From Peribolospora baueri (lineage: Eukaryota), in assembly GCA_029717555.1 (NCBI GenBank), contig JAMDHS010000006.1:1-64000 (forward strand): a DNA stretch of 64,000 bases, written 5' to 3'. Below the pieces are notes generated by a model that saw only the letters and a program-made list of their open reading frames with translations, had not been told where the DNA came from and searched no databases. The translations under genes and the position numbers were made by a program. Positions 49,088 to 59,662 of this stretch are shown here, one piece after another. Positions within the stretch are counted from its first letter, which is position 1. Every line of letters starts with the position of its first letter.

Positions 49088-50398
49088 GTGCCCAATTTGC
49101 CCGCCGCTCAGATCGATGCAATGCTCGACCCAGACTACCTGCCGGTGGAGCGTTTCTATCCCGGTGAGCGTATCTTCAAGAACCGTCGATGCCCGTTCAC
49201 CGTCTGCAAAAAGTCCACCGACATGGGCGAGGGTGGTGGCGTCGTACTGCCCTCGAATGAGGTCGCCGCCCGCAAACACGTCCATATATGCGCGCGCCTG
49301 TCAGCAGCCGCGGCGTTTGACGCCAAAAAGTCGGCGGCCATCGTCAAAGGCCAGCCCCGTCCTCGGCTCCACGTGCCGTCGCCAGCGCTGAAATCAAGGA
49401 CTTTCACAGCCAGGCTCGGCACGTCGAGCTTCACGCGTCCAACGTCAGGACGCAGTGCTCGAAGGGCAAGACCGTCAGCTGCATCGTGCCCGATTGCGAG
49501 GAGAGCGTGAACAGCTACTCCAGGCTCAGGTCGCACCTCGCACGCATCCATGATCTCGAGTTTACGGCGGGAAACAACGTGTCTCTCACCGTGACAGAGT
49601 ACTGTTATATCTGCTACCAATGGTGAGTCCTAGAGTTCTCCTCGCGGGTCGGCACGCGTGCACGCAGACCCTTAAGCTTCCTTTCACCGCCGCTAGGATC
49701 CACGGCACACACAAAGGAGTGGGAGGACCATGCGGTATCGCATGAGAAGGAGATCATGGACTTTTTCAAGACAGTGACCACCACCCAGGTCGACGAACAT
49801 GACGGTTTTGTCTACCGCCCTGGCTACTGCCCCCACTGCCTCGCCACCGAGGAGGACATCGAGGCCCACGACCGCTTCGCCCAGTGAGTTTCTTCGTTCC
49901 GCCCTTCCCAATAAGCGCCGCCCGCGCTCTGACCAGCCCCGCGCCGCTTGTCTACTAGGTGCACTGGCTACCGGAACCTCAATGAACACATCGTCCTCAT
50001 GCACCTTCTCCCCCTCGAGTCTGTCAATGACTTTGGCCGCGTGTGGTGCCCCTTCCCCGTGTGCAACCGCCGCAAGTCCTCCACGGCTCTCGATTTTGTC
50101 AACCATTTGATCGTCGAGCACCGCTTCGACTTTTGTTATGGCGACAACAAGTCCAAGGCCAATGAAGCCCTGCAGCAGTGGCGCGGCGTTTCACTCACTC
50201 CACCTTGTCACCCAGAAGGGCAAGAGGCGCGCCGCCAAGGCGGCAAAAGCAGCCGACAAAACAAAGGAGGCCGACGAGGAAGGGGAAGGAGGCGACGCTG
50301 CTGCTGCTGCTTCTCAAGGCGAGTCTTCCAATCCAACGACTCTGAAAAAGGGCAAGGCGGCCGCGAAGGGGAAAGGAAAAGGCAAGGCCAAGGCGTAG
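49088..50398 (+). CDS. Multi-C2H2 zinc-finger protein; 5' end unresolved, possibly a transposon-derived relic
   Basis: Exons encode FYPGE..CPFTVC..HVHIC, CIVPDC..HLARIH, CYICYQW|IHG..WEDHAVSH, PGYCPHCL, CPFPVC..HLIVEH; the Lys-rich tail lies in another frame. Confidence 0.6.
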
Positions 50399-50934
50399 AG
50401 CAACATCCTCGGCGTTTTATGATCTATTGACTCGCTCGATTCATTTTCGAGAACGGCGAGCATTGATTTTTTCTTTAACTGCGAGTAGTCCTTGCATCGT
50501 CGACATGACTTCCGGCCGTTTCTGTTTTTCAAGAGAAGGAATCCGGAAAATACATGACATGACGTCTTCTTTGGACGTGGGCCGAAGAGAAACTGTACGA
50601 ACTGTTGGAGTTGGATGGTTATTCCGAGATGGAAGGAAGACTATGCTTAGGACAACTCGTTCACAAACATCGAGACGAGGTGGGCGGAACAGCGGCAGCC
50701 CATTAGGCTACCATCCTTTCCTTCCTTCCGCACCCCCTTCCCTTCGTCGAATGCATGGTCTCGTGTTGAAACTGGTGATCACGACTGCCCACGCCGACGT
50801 CATCCACGATCGCTGGCTGGGAGCGAGGAGGGAGGGAAACGCAAGGTGTGTGCGGGGACGGTGGGGAGCAAAGCGGAGAGAGGAGAGAAGATAAGTGCGA
50901 GGAGGCGATGGCGTGCGACCGTGGTATGCACAGA

Positions 50935-50958
50935 TTGATAGATAGATAGATAGATAGA
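50935..50958. repeat. (GATA)n microsatellite
   Basis: Read directly. Confidence 0.85.
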
Positions 50959-51674
50959 TGCAGTTCGGTCCGGTTCGGGTCGCTGGCATGACATGACAGG
51001 CGTGCAGGCGGCCTTCAGCGAGACGAAGACGAGGACGACGAACACTACACCGACAACGACAACAACAACGATCGACGTTCGGGAGAAGACAGATCATCCT
51101 GGAGGATGTTTCAGTCTGGCATTTGCTTGCCGCTGCGTTAGTTGGACCCGTATGGGGCGGGCGGGCGGGCCGGGCGCTGGCTGGGCTGACCGGCGTTGGG
51201 TCTCCGGCTGACGGCTAACCAACCGAACAGCCAACCAACCAAGCATTCTCGATCGTCCAAGCCAACCAGGTCGACGCTCCTTCGACGCACCATGGGCTCC
51301 CCTCCCTGTCCGCTCATGTGTTGTGTTGTCGTTCGGTTGTGTTGGCTTGGCTTGGCTTGGGTTGTGTTCTTTTCTTTTCTCTTTCTTCCGCCGCGACCGG
51401 CGAGGGCTAGGCGAAATACTGCATGTAGTGAGCGTGCTAGTGATCACTACCTAGACAAGTGGAGCTATGGTTAGGGTGATAAGAAGAAAAAATAAACGGA
51501 GGGAGGGATGGAGTGGTGCAAAGGCGGCGACGTCGTCGTGGGTGGTCGCCGGAGTGAGCCCGCAGGAACGGGAGCGGGATCGGGAATGGGAACCTCTCTT
51601 CTCTCTTTCTTTCTGTCTCTTTCTCTATTAGTATTACTATAAACCCCCGACGGTTTGCTTCTTCTCTTCGCCTC

Positions 51675-51705
<31 letters not shown>

Positions 51706-52054
51706 CACGATAACCACGACCTCGACCTCGACCACGGCCACGACCGACGGAGGAAGCAGCAAAGCATCCATCCTTCCTTCGCGTCGCCCATCACCATCGC
51801 CATCAACATCACCATCCACCGACCACTGACCGTCGCCGTCTCCACCACCACCACCACCACCACCGACGACCGCCCCGCTTCGTCGCCGTCGCCCGTCCAC
51901 CCTTCCTCCCTCTCCTCCCCCGACATCCACCCTTCCCCCTTCCCCACCTCGCCCTCCCCTCTCCCTTCTCTCCGCAGCGCCCGCCGTGGCAGCTCGGACA
52001 AGCCTCCGGAGATTCGTCCTCCTCCCCGTCGTCGCCTCTTCCGAGCACAGCGTG

Positions 52055-52200
52055 CGTGAGTGAGAGCGAGAGGGAGTGAGAGTGAGAGAGAGTGAGATTG
52101 AGAGTGAGATTGAGAGTGAGATTGAGATTGAGATTGAGATTGTGATTGAGATTGAGATTGAGATTGAGATTGAGATTGTGAGTGTGAGTGTGAGTGTGAA
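52055..52200. repeat. Compound (GAGAGT)/(GAGATT)/(GTGAGT)n hexamer array upstream of the large hydrolase gene
   Basis: Read directly. Confidence 0.92.
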
Positions 52201-52372
52201 GGAGAGAGTGAGGGCGACCTCCATCTGTCTCCTTCATTCATTCCCTCCTTCCTTCCTCTCGTCCTCGTCGTCGTCACCGCCACTTCGTCGCCCCCAGTCA
52301 ACTCCCTCACGGCCACCGCCTTCCCTGCGCATGCTCCCTTGAGCGCTCGTCGTTGTCGACGTCGCCGCCCTC

Positions 52373-55300
52373 ATGTCCTCCTCCACCGCCGTCCATGGCC
52401 ACCATCGCTTCCCCGCCGGCTCCCAGCCGCCTTCGCTCCCCTCAACTTCCTCCTCCCTCCGTCCCTCCAACCGTCGACGACCCTCGGCGCCTCCTGCTCG
52501 CCCTTCCACCGCCACCGACTCGGCGTCGCCATCCCCGCCCGCGCCCCTCCCTGCTGCCGCCCGCCCTCGCAACGCAGCCAGTCCCTCATCCGACCTCTCC
52601 CGCATCCCTCGCCTCCGCACCACCTCCCATCCCACCGTGAGGGTCCGCAAGCAGAGCGCACCCAACCGCGACGCCGCACCCGCCCCCGACGGATCGCTGA
52701 GCTACTTCGATCGCTACCCCGAGCGGAGGGCGACGAGGGAGAGGAAGATGAGCGAGGGAGCCCACCTGTCGTCCGCCAACGCCGACAAGGACAAGGGCAA
52801 GCGCAGGGAAGAGATACGCCGAACCGCTACCTTTGGCGACCGTCCTCCACGCCGCATTCCGCCTTCCCCACAGCCCTCCCGGCCGTCACCGCGTCCACCG
52901 GCACCAGCACCGGCACCGTCGTCGCTAACCACCGCCCACCCGCCCGCAAGCCGAAGGCTCGAGCAGACCAACGAGGACTCGGAAGGCGAGAGGGCCGCCG
53001 CCGACGATCGCCAGCACGCCGCCAACATCGAGGCCACACTCGCCAGGTTGAACAACGCCGACGTCCGCCATCAACGACCACCACCGTCTCGTCCGTCCCA
53101 AGCTGGCAACGCCAACGACGCCTCCTCCACGCCCCTCCGTCTCTTTCCCCCCGTCTCCTCCTTGACCGACACCGCCGGCGCAGACCGACGACGCTCCGTC
53201 CTCCTCCAAGAGCTCACCCTCCCCGCCCTCGCCGCCGCCAATGGCTACTCCTCGAGTCGGTCCCCACGAGATAGGAGACAACCTTCGTCCGACTCCCACA
53301 CCCATTCCAAGACCCCCTCCGACGCCTCTCTTCACTCCTCCCCTCGACGCCCGCCACCCCTCGAGCTCGGAGGCATGTCCAACCACTCTCCCCACCTCCC
53401 CGCCGGCCATCCTCCCGTTCGCCCCGAGTTCTCCTCCCCCGGCGCCGTCTCCGCGGCCGACATGGACGCTTTCGTTGATCACTTCTCCGGAGGTTGGAGT
53501 CGCGCCGTCGACGGCGGCGGCGCATGGGGCCGTGCTCCGCCGTCGGCAGCGCGACCCCACACCGCCGGCGGCGGATTCGTGCCCAAGAGGATGAGCGGCG
53601 GCTTGCCTTATATCAAGTCCGATGATTCTGGTCTTGCCGCCGCCAGCCCCAGCCCTGGCTCCCATCCATCTCCGGCCGCTGCCGTCAGGGACCAGCGCAC
53701 GCTCAGCTCCGCCCATTCCCCAACCTCTTCCTTCCCCTTGGCCTCGCCTCTCGCTCCCAGGCGGGCCCGATCGCCCTCAGACGCGTCGGTCCAATTCGCC
53801 GCCGCCCCTTCTCGAGAACGTCTCCTTTCGTCGTCGTCCGCAGGCCCACCGACGGCGCGGCGCGCGAACGAGCTGGGTCCGAGCCCGACTCAGCCTCAGG
53901 CTCGCCAACAACAACACCAAGGCGCCCCACAGGGCTCGCTTCGCAGGCTGAGCTACAACAGCCCTACGTCCTCCGACGCCCTCCTCACCGCCTTGCGTCG
54001 TGGCACCGCCGACGGCCTTCGTTCTCCCCACCCTCCTTCCGCTTCGCCTTCGCCTTCTCATCCTGCGTCTCCGTCGGACACGCCCACCTCCGCGACGACG
54101 GCGGCGCAACACAAGCCCCTGCGCCTCGTTGGCACCCTCTCCTCCTCCCGCTCGCCCTCCGCTTCCCCTTCCTCGTCCCGCACCTCCCTCGTCCCTCCTT
54201 CCACCTCCGCCTCCTCCTCCCCCTCTGCCTCGCTCACCCCGCCGCTGAGCATCGATGAGATCATTCGCGCGGGAAAGCCGGCGCTCGATAAAGCTCTCCG
54301 CCGGGGCGCGTGCAACAGCCTGCGAAGTATGAGCAGCGGCGGGGATGTGTCGCCTGTCACCCCCAGGGCAAGCTTTGGGAGCGGGAAGACGGACGGCGCC
54401 GAGGCGAAGACGCCAGGTGGGCGACAAGGCGACGCGTCGATTGAAGTTGCGCAGACGCCGACGCAAACGCAATCGCAGACGCAGGCGCAGACATCGCCGC
54501 AAGGACAGGCGAATGGAGCAGCCGTCGCAAGCTACTTCCCCCCTGCCACCGCCATCGATCCGTCCGCTCCGATCCCCTCCATCGACGACATTATTCGCAA
54601 GTATAACCCCTCCGGCCCGGCGCCCTCCACCGCCGGCTCTGTCTTCCATCCTCCGTCCGTTTCCACCGCCTCCGTCTCTTCATCTGGCCGCGGCGGGAAG
54701 ACGGACACGCCGCCGGCGCCGCCGCCGTCGGGCGAGCGGACTCGCTCGTCGGAGTCGATGCGCAGTTCGGAGGACGGCTCGTTCGTTCACGTGCCCCTAC
54801 ACCTCCCCAAGCGCATGTCTGCGGTCAATGGCGGGAAAGGTACGGGTACGGGTACGGGTACTAAAGCGTTGGGTTGGATGGGCGTGGCCGTAAGGCGAGG
54901 AGGATCCGATGAAGACGACGAGGAAGAGGAGGAGGTCGTTGGTCGTCGTCGTCGTCGTACCGGGCGACGGATTGCGTCGAGTCGGGGCGGCGGCGGCGGA
55001 TTGGGCCGGGCGGAAGAAGAGGAGGAGGAGGAGGAAGAAGAAGAAGAAGAGGCGACGAGCGAAGCGGGAACGGAGGCTACGACGACGAGCACGACGCGCA
55101 GCTCGGTGGACAGCGCGACGGAGGAAGTGATCGTTCAGCTTAAGAGGCGCTCGGGAAAGTTGCGCGGGCCAAAGTACGATTGGGAGACGTATGACCAGGC
55201 GCTGCAGAGGGAGACGAAGGAGAGGAGGAAGGCTAGGGAGGTGAAGAGGAGGAGGGAGAGGGAGGCGGCGGTCGCCGGTTCGACCTCCAACAAGGCCGAT

Positions 55301-57679
55301 GAAGTGGCGACGGCGACGGCGACGGCGGCCAGGTCGAGGAGCAGCAGCGCCGGCAGACCGCCGCCAGCTGAGCCAATGTCATCGTCGTCGTCGTCGTCGT
55401 CGTCCCACCACCGGCCGAAGCAGCTTCACCACTCCACCTCCCTCCCTTCTAAGCATACCCTCCTCCGAGGAGTTGGCAAGAAGAAGAGCAGGGAGGCTGT
55501 GCGCGATGGCGTGTTCTCGTCGCCTGGTTCTGGTTTGTCTACTTCGAACTCGCTCCCGGCCTTGCCTCCTACGCCGGTGCCGCCACCGCTCCCGGCCTTG
55601 GCTCCTACGGCGCCGCTACCCCCACCGTTGCCGTCGCAAATCCAGGTGGCCCGGACGTTCGACCAGCAACACAAGCACACCGCCAGCGGACCTGCTGTCG
55701 TCGCCGTTTCAGGCTCCCGCTCGGCGGCGGCGGGACCCAGGACGGTGCGCGCGGCCACCATGTCCTCCGCCTCTGCCGGCTGTAGCCCTTCTCCATCTTC
55801 CCACTTCCCTCGCCAGCCCTCCACGGGCAGCTTCAAGAGCGAGAAGACGCGCGCCTCCAACGGGCTCGCCGCTCCTATGCCACCGCCGCCATCCAAGGCC
55901 GTCGGCTCGAGCTCGGAGGCCGCCTCGCCGAGTGACGAGTTGTCCGTGGTGCAGTACCTCCGCTCGCCCCGTCTCACCCGGCTCATGACGCTCAGAAAAA
56001 CGCCCAACGCGGGCCTCACCGTGTCGTTGGCGGACGTGGGCCTCGCCGACGGTCACCCCGTCTTTGTCTTCCTCGGCCTCGGTTGCGTCCGTTACCTGAT
56101 CGCCCTGTACGACGAGATGGCCGCCGCGCTCGGCTTGAGACTCGTCTGCGTCGACCGGTGGGGGCTTGGTAAGACCGGCTCAATCCCCCAGGAGAAGCGC
56201 AGCATCCTCGAATGGGCCACCGTGGTAGAAGAGGTGGCCGAACAGCTGGACGTAAACCGGTTCAGCATCCTCGCCCACAGCGCTGGCGCGCCCTACGCCA
56301 TGGCCACCTCCCTCCGTCTACCCCGCCTCATCTCCGGATCCATCCACCTCCTCGCGCCGTGGGTCAACTTGACGGCCTTGAACGGAGCCCAGGGAGGCGA
56401 GCCGATCAGTGGCGTTGGCTACAAGTGGCTTAAATATGTACCGGATAGCGTGATCAAGACGGCTCAGCAGGCGGAATGGAAGATGCAGGGTTGGATGCTT
56501 GGGAAGCCTCCGTCGCTCGGTTCTTTCGATGGCGGCGGCGGCCATCCGGAAGCCGCGTACGGAGAGGAGGAAGAGGAGGACGGGGTGGAGGAGGAGAAAG
56601 GAGCGCTGCCGGGAGACGCGGACGGCGACGAGGATGGACAACACCCTCGTCATCACCCTTCCACGTCGTCCCTCGGGCGGGCGTCGGCCAAGAGTGCCAC
56701 CGCCGCCGCCGCCTCCGCTGCTCGGCCCAAGACGCTCAAGCACCAACGCTCCTTCTTTGGCGGCATCTTTAACAACAACAATAACAACGGCTCCTCTTCC
56801 TCGTCCGGCGCGTCGTCGTCTGCGTCCCGCCCGGTGCCGCCTTTGCCCACTGTTAATATGAAGGATCTGCCCTCCTACACGCCTGGTGGTGGACACCGTC
56901 GGCCGCTTCCCTCGGCCGTCCGCGGCGTGCCGTCGTCGCCGTCGTCGTCGACGACGAGCTCCGTGCATTCTTCCCACTCCGCGTCCAGCATCCCCCATTC
57001 CCTCCTCCGCTACGGTCTCGCCGGCGAGGCAGGAGGCCGACTCGATGAGATTGCCCCTCTTCCCTCCGCCCTCCCTCCGCCCGGATTGCGGCGCTCGGCG
57101 TCGTTGTCGTCTCAGCGCTCTCAGGATGCCAACGGCTTGACGCCGCCTTCGTCGCAGTACGGTCGCTTCTCTTCTTCCCTCACGACGCCCACGTCGTCCA
57201 CCTTTACCCATATCACTTATCCCTCTCCCACCTCACTCACAAATCCTTCCACTACCTTCCCCGCCGCCACCACCCTCCCCGCCGCCGCCGCCACCTCTTC
57301 GTCTTCGTCTTCTGTCCCGCCCGCTCCCGCCGCTACGCCATCGAGCGCAAAGGTCGACCTTGGCACGGCGCTGCTGCGCGCCTCCCACGCCGAGTCGCTC
57401 AAAGGCGGCACCGCGGACCTAATGACCATCCTCGAGCGCTCCTCCGCCCGACCCTGGGGCTTTTCTTATCTTGATATCCACGCGCCTGTCAAAGTATGGC
57501 ATGGCGACAAGGACGAACGGATCGGCTTGGCTGGTATCCGATGGATGGAAGCTAATATGACCCGGTGCGAGGTCAAGGTGGTCAAGGGCGCTGGACACAA
57601 CCTCATGACGAACATTAGCGTCGTCATTGACGCCCTCGAGAGCATCGCTCGCTCTGGCGGCACGTCCCCGTCGCTCTAG
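52373..57679 (+). CDS. Intronless 1768-aa protein: long disordered Ser/Pro-rich N-terminus plus C-terminal alpha/beta hydrolase
   Basis: VSLADVG, FLGLGCVRY, DRWGLG, AHSAGAPYA (Ser), WHGDKDERI (Asp), GAGHNLM (His). Confidence 0.85.
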   Translation: MSSSTAVHGHHRFPAGSQPPSLPSTSSSLRPSNRRRPSAPPARPSTATDSASPSPPAPLPAAARPRNAASPSSDLSRIPRLRTTSHPTVRVRKQSAPNRDAAPAPDGSLSYFDRYPERRATRERKMSEGAHLSSANADKDKGKRREEIRRTATFGDRPPRRIPPSPQPSRPSPRPPAPAPAPSSLTTAHPPASRRLEQTNEDSEGERAAADDRQHAANIEATLARLNNADVRHQRPPPSRPSQAGNANDASSTPLRLFPPVSSLTDTAGADRRRSVLLQELTLPALAAANGYSSSRSPRDRRQPSSDSHTHSKTPSDASLHSSPRRPPPLELGGMSNHSPHLPAGHPPVRPEFSSPGAVSAADMDAFVDHFSGGWSRAVDGGGAWGRAPPSAARPHTAGGGFVPKRMSGGLPYIKSDDSGLAAASPSPGSHPSPAAAVRDQRTLSSAHSPTSSFPLASPLAPRRARSPSDASVQFAAAPSRERLLSSSSAGPPTARRANELGPSPTQPQARQQQHQGAPQGSLRRLSYNSPTSSDALLTALRRGTADGLRSPHPPSASPSPSHPASPSDTPTSATTAAQHKPLRLVGTLSSSRSPSASPSSSRTSLVPPSTSASSSPSASLTPPLSIDEIIRAGKPALDKALRRGACNSLRSMSSGGDVSPVTPRASFGSGKTDGAEAKTPGGRQGDASIEVAQTPTQTQSQTQAQTSPQGQANGAAVASYFPPATAIDPSAPIPSIDDIIRKYNPSGPAPSTAGSVFHPPSVSTASVSSSGRGGKTDTPPAPPPSGERTRSSESMRSSEDGSFVHVPLHLPKRMSAVNGGKGTGTGTGTKALGWMGVAVRRGGSDEDDEEEEEVVGRRRRRTGRRIASSRGGGGGLGRAEEEEEEEEEEEEEATSEAGTEATTTSTTRSSVDSATEEVIVQLKRRSGKLRGPKYDWETYDQALQRETKERRKAREVKRRREREAAVAGSTSNKADEVATATATAARSRSSSAGRPPPAEPMSSSSSSSSSHHRPKQLHHSTSLPSKHTLLRGVGKKKSREAVRDGVFSSPGSGLSTSNSLPALPPTPVPPPLPALAPTAPLPPPLPSQIQVARTFDQQHKHTASGPAVVAVSGSRSAAAGPRTVRAATMSSASAGCSPSPSSHFPRQPSTGSFKSEKTRASNGLAAPMPPPPSKAVGSSSEAASPSDELSVVQYLRSPRLTRLMTLRKTPNAGLTVSLADVGLADGHPVFVFLGLGCVRYLIALYDEMAAALGLRLVCVDRWGLGKTGSIPQEKRSILEWATVVEEVAEQLDVNRFSILAHSAGAPYAMATSLRLPRLISGSIHLLAPWVNLTALNGAQGGEPISGVGYKWLKYVPDSVIKTAQQAEWKMQGWMLGKPPSLGSFDGGGGHPEAAYGEEEEEDGVEEEKGALPGDADGDEDGQHPRHHPSTSSLGRASAKSATAAAASAARPKTLKHQRSFFGGIFNNNNNNGSSSSSGASSSASRPVPPLPTVNMKDLPSYTPGGGHRRPLPSAVRGVPSSPSSSTTSSVHSSHSASSIPHSLLRYGLAGEAGGRLDEIAPLPSALPPPGLRRSASLSSQRSQDANGLTPPSSQYGRFSSSLTTPTSSTFTHITYPSPTSLTNPSTTFPAATTLPAAAATSSSSSSVPPAPAATPSSAKVDLGTALLRASHAESLKGGTADLMTILERSSARPWGFSYLDIHAPVKVWHGDKDERIGLAGIRWMEANMTRCEVKVVKGAGHNLMTNISVVIDALESIARSGGTSPSL

Positions 57680-58219
57680 AGTTGAGCGACCTGCCGTTGG
57701 TTGTCTCGATCGAACGCTTTCATTCTTTCTTGCGGGTTTTCTCTCTTCCCTTCCAGTTGAGATTAGATCATTCCCTCGTCTCGTCTCGTCGCTCATCGCT
57801 CTCGCTCGTTGCCGCCGCCGCCGCCGCCGCCCTCACTCGTTCGTTCGTTCGTTCGTTCGTATCTATGCACTTCGCACGCCGTCCATCGGACCTCGGTAGT
57901 TTTGCTCTCTCTCTCTCTCTCTCTCTCTCGTCGTCGCCTTTGCATTCCGTCTCATCCTTCCTCCCCGCTCTCTTTCCTCACTCTACCCCGTCCCCTCTCT
58001 TCCGTTCCTTCGTCCTCTCGTCTCGCTTCTTCTCGTCTCGTCTCGTCCCGTCTCGTCTCGTCCCGTCTCGTCTCATCCCGTCCCATCCACCTTCACCTCC
58101 AATTCGGCTCTCTTGCCGTGGTTCGCATACCCATTCGAATATATCTCCTCTCTGGACTCCGAAACGTTATTGCCGCTCGGCTAATAGACAAGACAAACAA
58201 AAAAAGAGCTCAGGGAAGC

Positions 58220-59443
58220 TCAAAAGAGCACGACCGGCTCGCCGCTCTGACTCCGAAGCCCTCTGAACCCGCGGCAAACAAAGTAACCCTCCCTGCTTTC
58301 CTTCCTACTCGCCTCCGGCTTCTCGTACCACACTCGTTCGAACGACCGCTCCAGGACGTCCTTTCGAAGCGTTGCCGAGAGGTCGGAGTGTAGGTGCTTC
58401 ATGACAAGCCACGACCGCGCCGTTCCTCGTCCTCGTCGTCGTTTCTCATCCTTCTTCTTCCCCGCCTCCACGTCTCCTTCCGCCGACGCCGCGCCCGTGG
58501 AAACGGGATCGTCGTTCTCTCCGCGTCCCCCCGTCCCTGCCCCCGTCCCCGTCTGAAGAAGCCAGCGGTCGGCAAAGGATAACACGGCCCGACACAGGTC
58601 GTCCGACCGTTGAGCATCGCGGACGCGGTTGCCGGACGTGGACATGAGCATGTCTGAGAGCACGACGTTCACCTTGCCCTCGTCTGCGTCGTCGTCTCCG
58701 TCGGCCGTCTCGGACGACGACGACGGAGACGAGAGAAGTCGGCCGAGGCGTCGATGGGTGGATAGGTCCAAAAAGTCGCCCTGGAGGTACTCGACGTTGG
58801 CGATGGGCTCCATGGGCAGGAGATCGACCGCGATGATGCGCCCCTCCCTATCGGCAACTGTTGGAGCTCGATCTCTCCTACCTTGACCACCTCGACCGCG
58901 AGCAGAGGCCGATTGCCTCGCCATGGCGGCAAAGTGGCCAGCGACGACCTGACTCCACCCACCCGGCGCGGCGCCGAGGTCTACCACCGTCAGCCGAGCT
59001 CCTCGTTCGCCCGACCCCGACCCGCCGCTCTTCCTCCCCCGAGAACCAAGAAACCCAAACTTGGCGTTCATCTGCTCTAGCTTGAACGCTGATCGAGACC
59101 GGTAGGCCGTGATGGAGAGCTCGTCGGCGTCGGCGTCGTCACCATGGGCTTGGGCGTGGGCGTTGGCACGCGCCTTGACGAACGGGTCCCGCTTTTGTCG
59201 GGCGAGGTAGCGGGATGAGGAGGGAGAGCGAGACTTTGACGAGGCGAGCGCCGTCGTCGTGGATAGCGACCGAGACGACGGCAAGGCCGCCGCCGCCGCT
59301 TCACGTTGATGTCTCGTAGGTGTCACACCGACGACAAAGCCGGTTGACGACCGGAGCGCTCGCCACGCCGCTCCCGGTCGACCTGGCCCCAAGATGAGCG
59401 GCCGGAGGCAGGACGCTCGGCAGCAAAGAACGTTGTACTCCAT
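58220..59443 (-). CDS. MRM2: FtsJ/RrmJ-family mitochondrial rRNA 2'-O-methyltransferase
   Basis: RYLARQKRDPFVK, YRSRSAFKL, VDLGAAPGGWSQV, AVDLLPM, GDFL, VVLSDM, KPEASRKESREGY; start codon uncertain. Confidence 0.88.
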   Translation of the reverse strand: MEYNVLCCRASCLRPLILGPGRPGAAWRALRSSTGFVVGVTPTRHQREAAAAALPSSRSLSTTTALASSKSRSPSSSRYLARQKRDPFVKARANAHAQAHGDDADADELSITAYRSRSAFKLEQMNAKFGFLGSRGRKSGGSGSGERGARLTVVDLGAAPGGWSQVVAGHFAAMARQSASARGRGGQGRRDRAPTVADREGRIIAVDLLPMEPIANVEYLQGDFLDLSTHRRLGRLLSSPSSSSETADGDDDADEGKVNVVLSDMLMSTSGNRVRDAQRSDDLCRAVLSFADRWLLQTGTGAGTGGRGENDDPVSTGAASAEGDVEAGKKKDEKRRRGRGTARSWLVMKHLHSDLSATLRKDVLERSFERVWYEKPEASRKESREGYFVCRGFRGLRSQSGEPVVLF

Positions 59444-59662
59444 CTCTTCTCGACGATTCCTTCCTTCCTGCTCGACGTCGAACGTCGACTCACCTCGACG
59501 TCGGGCTCGAGATGAAGATCCTTCTCTCCGCTCGACTCCCTTCCCGGACGTTCTCACCTTCCCAGCCTTGCCGCAGTATTTCTCGGCCCCGATCATCTCC
59601 TTCCGTTCCCCCTTTTCCCTCCACGAAGCAGAACAGAGCCGGACGAGCGCCCCCCCCCCAAC

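Noticed and set aside
51471..52342. ORFs with SQSQSQ / EIEIEI / LNLNLN runs
   Set aside because: Translations of the hexamer microsatellite and neighbouring simple repeats
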